NCBI GenBank assembly: GCA_030704615.1 | Contig: CM060734.1 | Coordinates: 32,054,001 to 32,118,000, forward strand | Source of the DNA: Takakia lepidozioides | Lineage: Eukaryota > Plantae > Bryophyta | Direction: 5' to 3' | Length of the DNA: 64,000 nucleotides | Position numbers and translations under genes: made by a program | Shown: positions 63,801 to 64,000 of the stretch, piece after piece | Layout of the letters: the number at the start of each line of letters is the position of its first letter | Position numbering within the stretch: position 1 is the stretch's first letter | Notes under the pieces: generated by a model | What the model was told of the DNA's origin: nothing | Seen by the model: the letters and a program-made list of their open reading frames with translations, nothing else | Databases searched by the model: none

Positions 63801-64000
63801 CTGGCCCAGAAATTTGCTGAAGGATTTTTGGGGTATCCGATGTTGTATTGGCCACCGGGTCATTTTTAAATGTTCCTCTTCAACCTACCATAATTTCCCA
63901 GACTCCAACCAAGCGCTCCTGAACGAGTAGGCATTGCGGTTAGGATCTCAACGTAGTGCTGTGTAGTTCCCTGGTCTCTTGATTCTGACCCGGTATGAGG

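Overview
Gene-dense nuclear DNA of a seed-free land plant. The regular P-L-S PPR triplets, a CCDC57-like centriolar gene and a nuclear mitochondrial-type rpl6 suggest a hornwort or similar lineage; this assignment is inference. Left to right: LINE fragments in and around a CCDC57-like gene; an intronless rpl6 head-to-head with a degenerate SEN2, both between ~700-bp direct repeats; a small spliced gene; a MOB1 pseudogene; a rearranged Ty3/gypsy LTR retrotransposon (21.5-33.2 kb); a ~20-kb PLS-PPR/DYW cluster (33.9-54.1 kb); an unknown three-exon gene; and a probable decayed LRR receptor kinase. Two systems stand out. (1) The retrotransposon carries a full DNMT3-like C5 cytosine methyltransferase in the same frame as RT-RNaseH-integrase, and the integrase ends in a PHD finger, so it combines a chromatin writer and a chromatin reader. 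(2) The DYW RNA-editing genes carry N-terminal, intron-split 'PDF' motifs (WxEFFxxPxxWWDNR..K|..P..PDFKHK.T...LW), the ssDNA-binding motif of organellar OSB proteins. This fusion occurs in two divergent head-to-head genes plus many scrambled copies. All calls come from reading motifs by eye; no searches were run.
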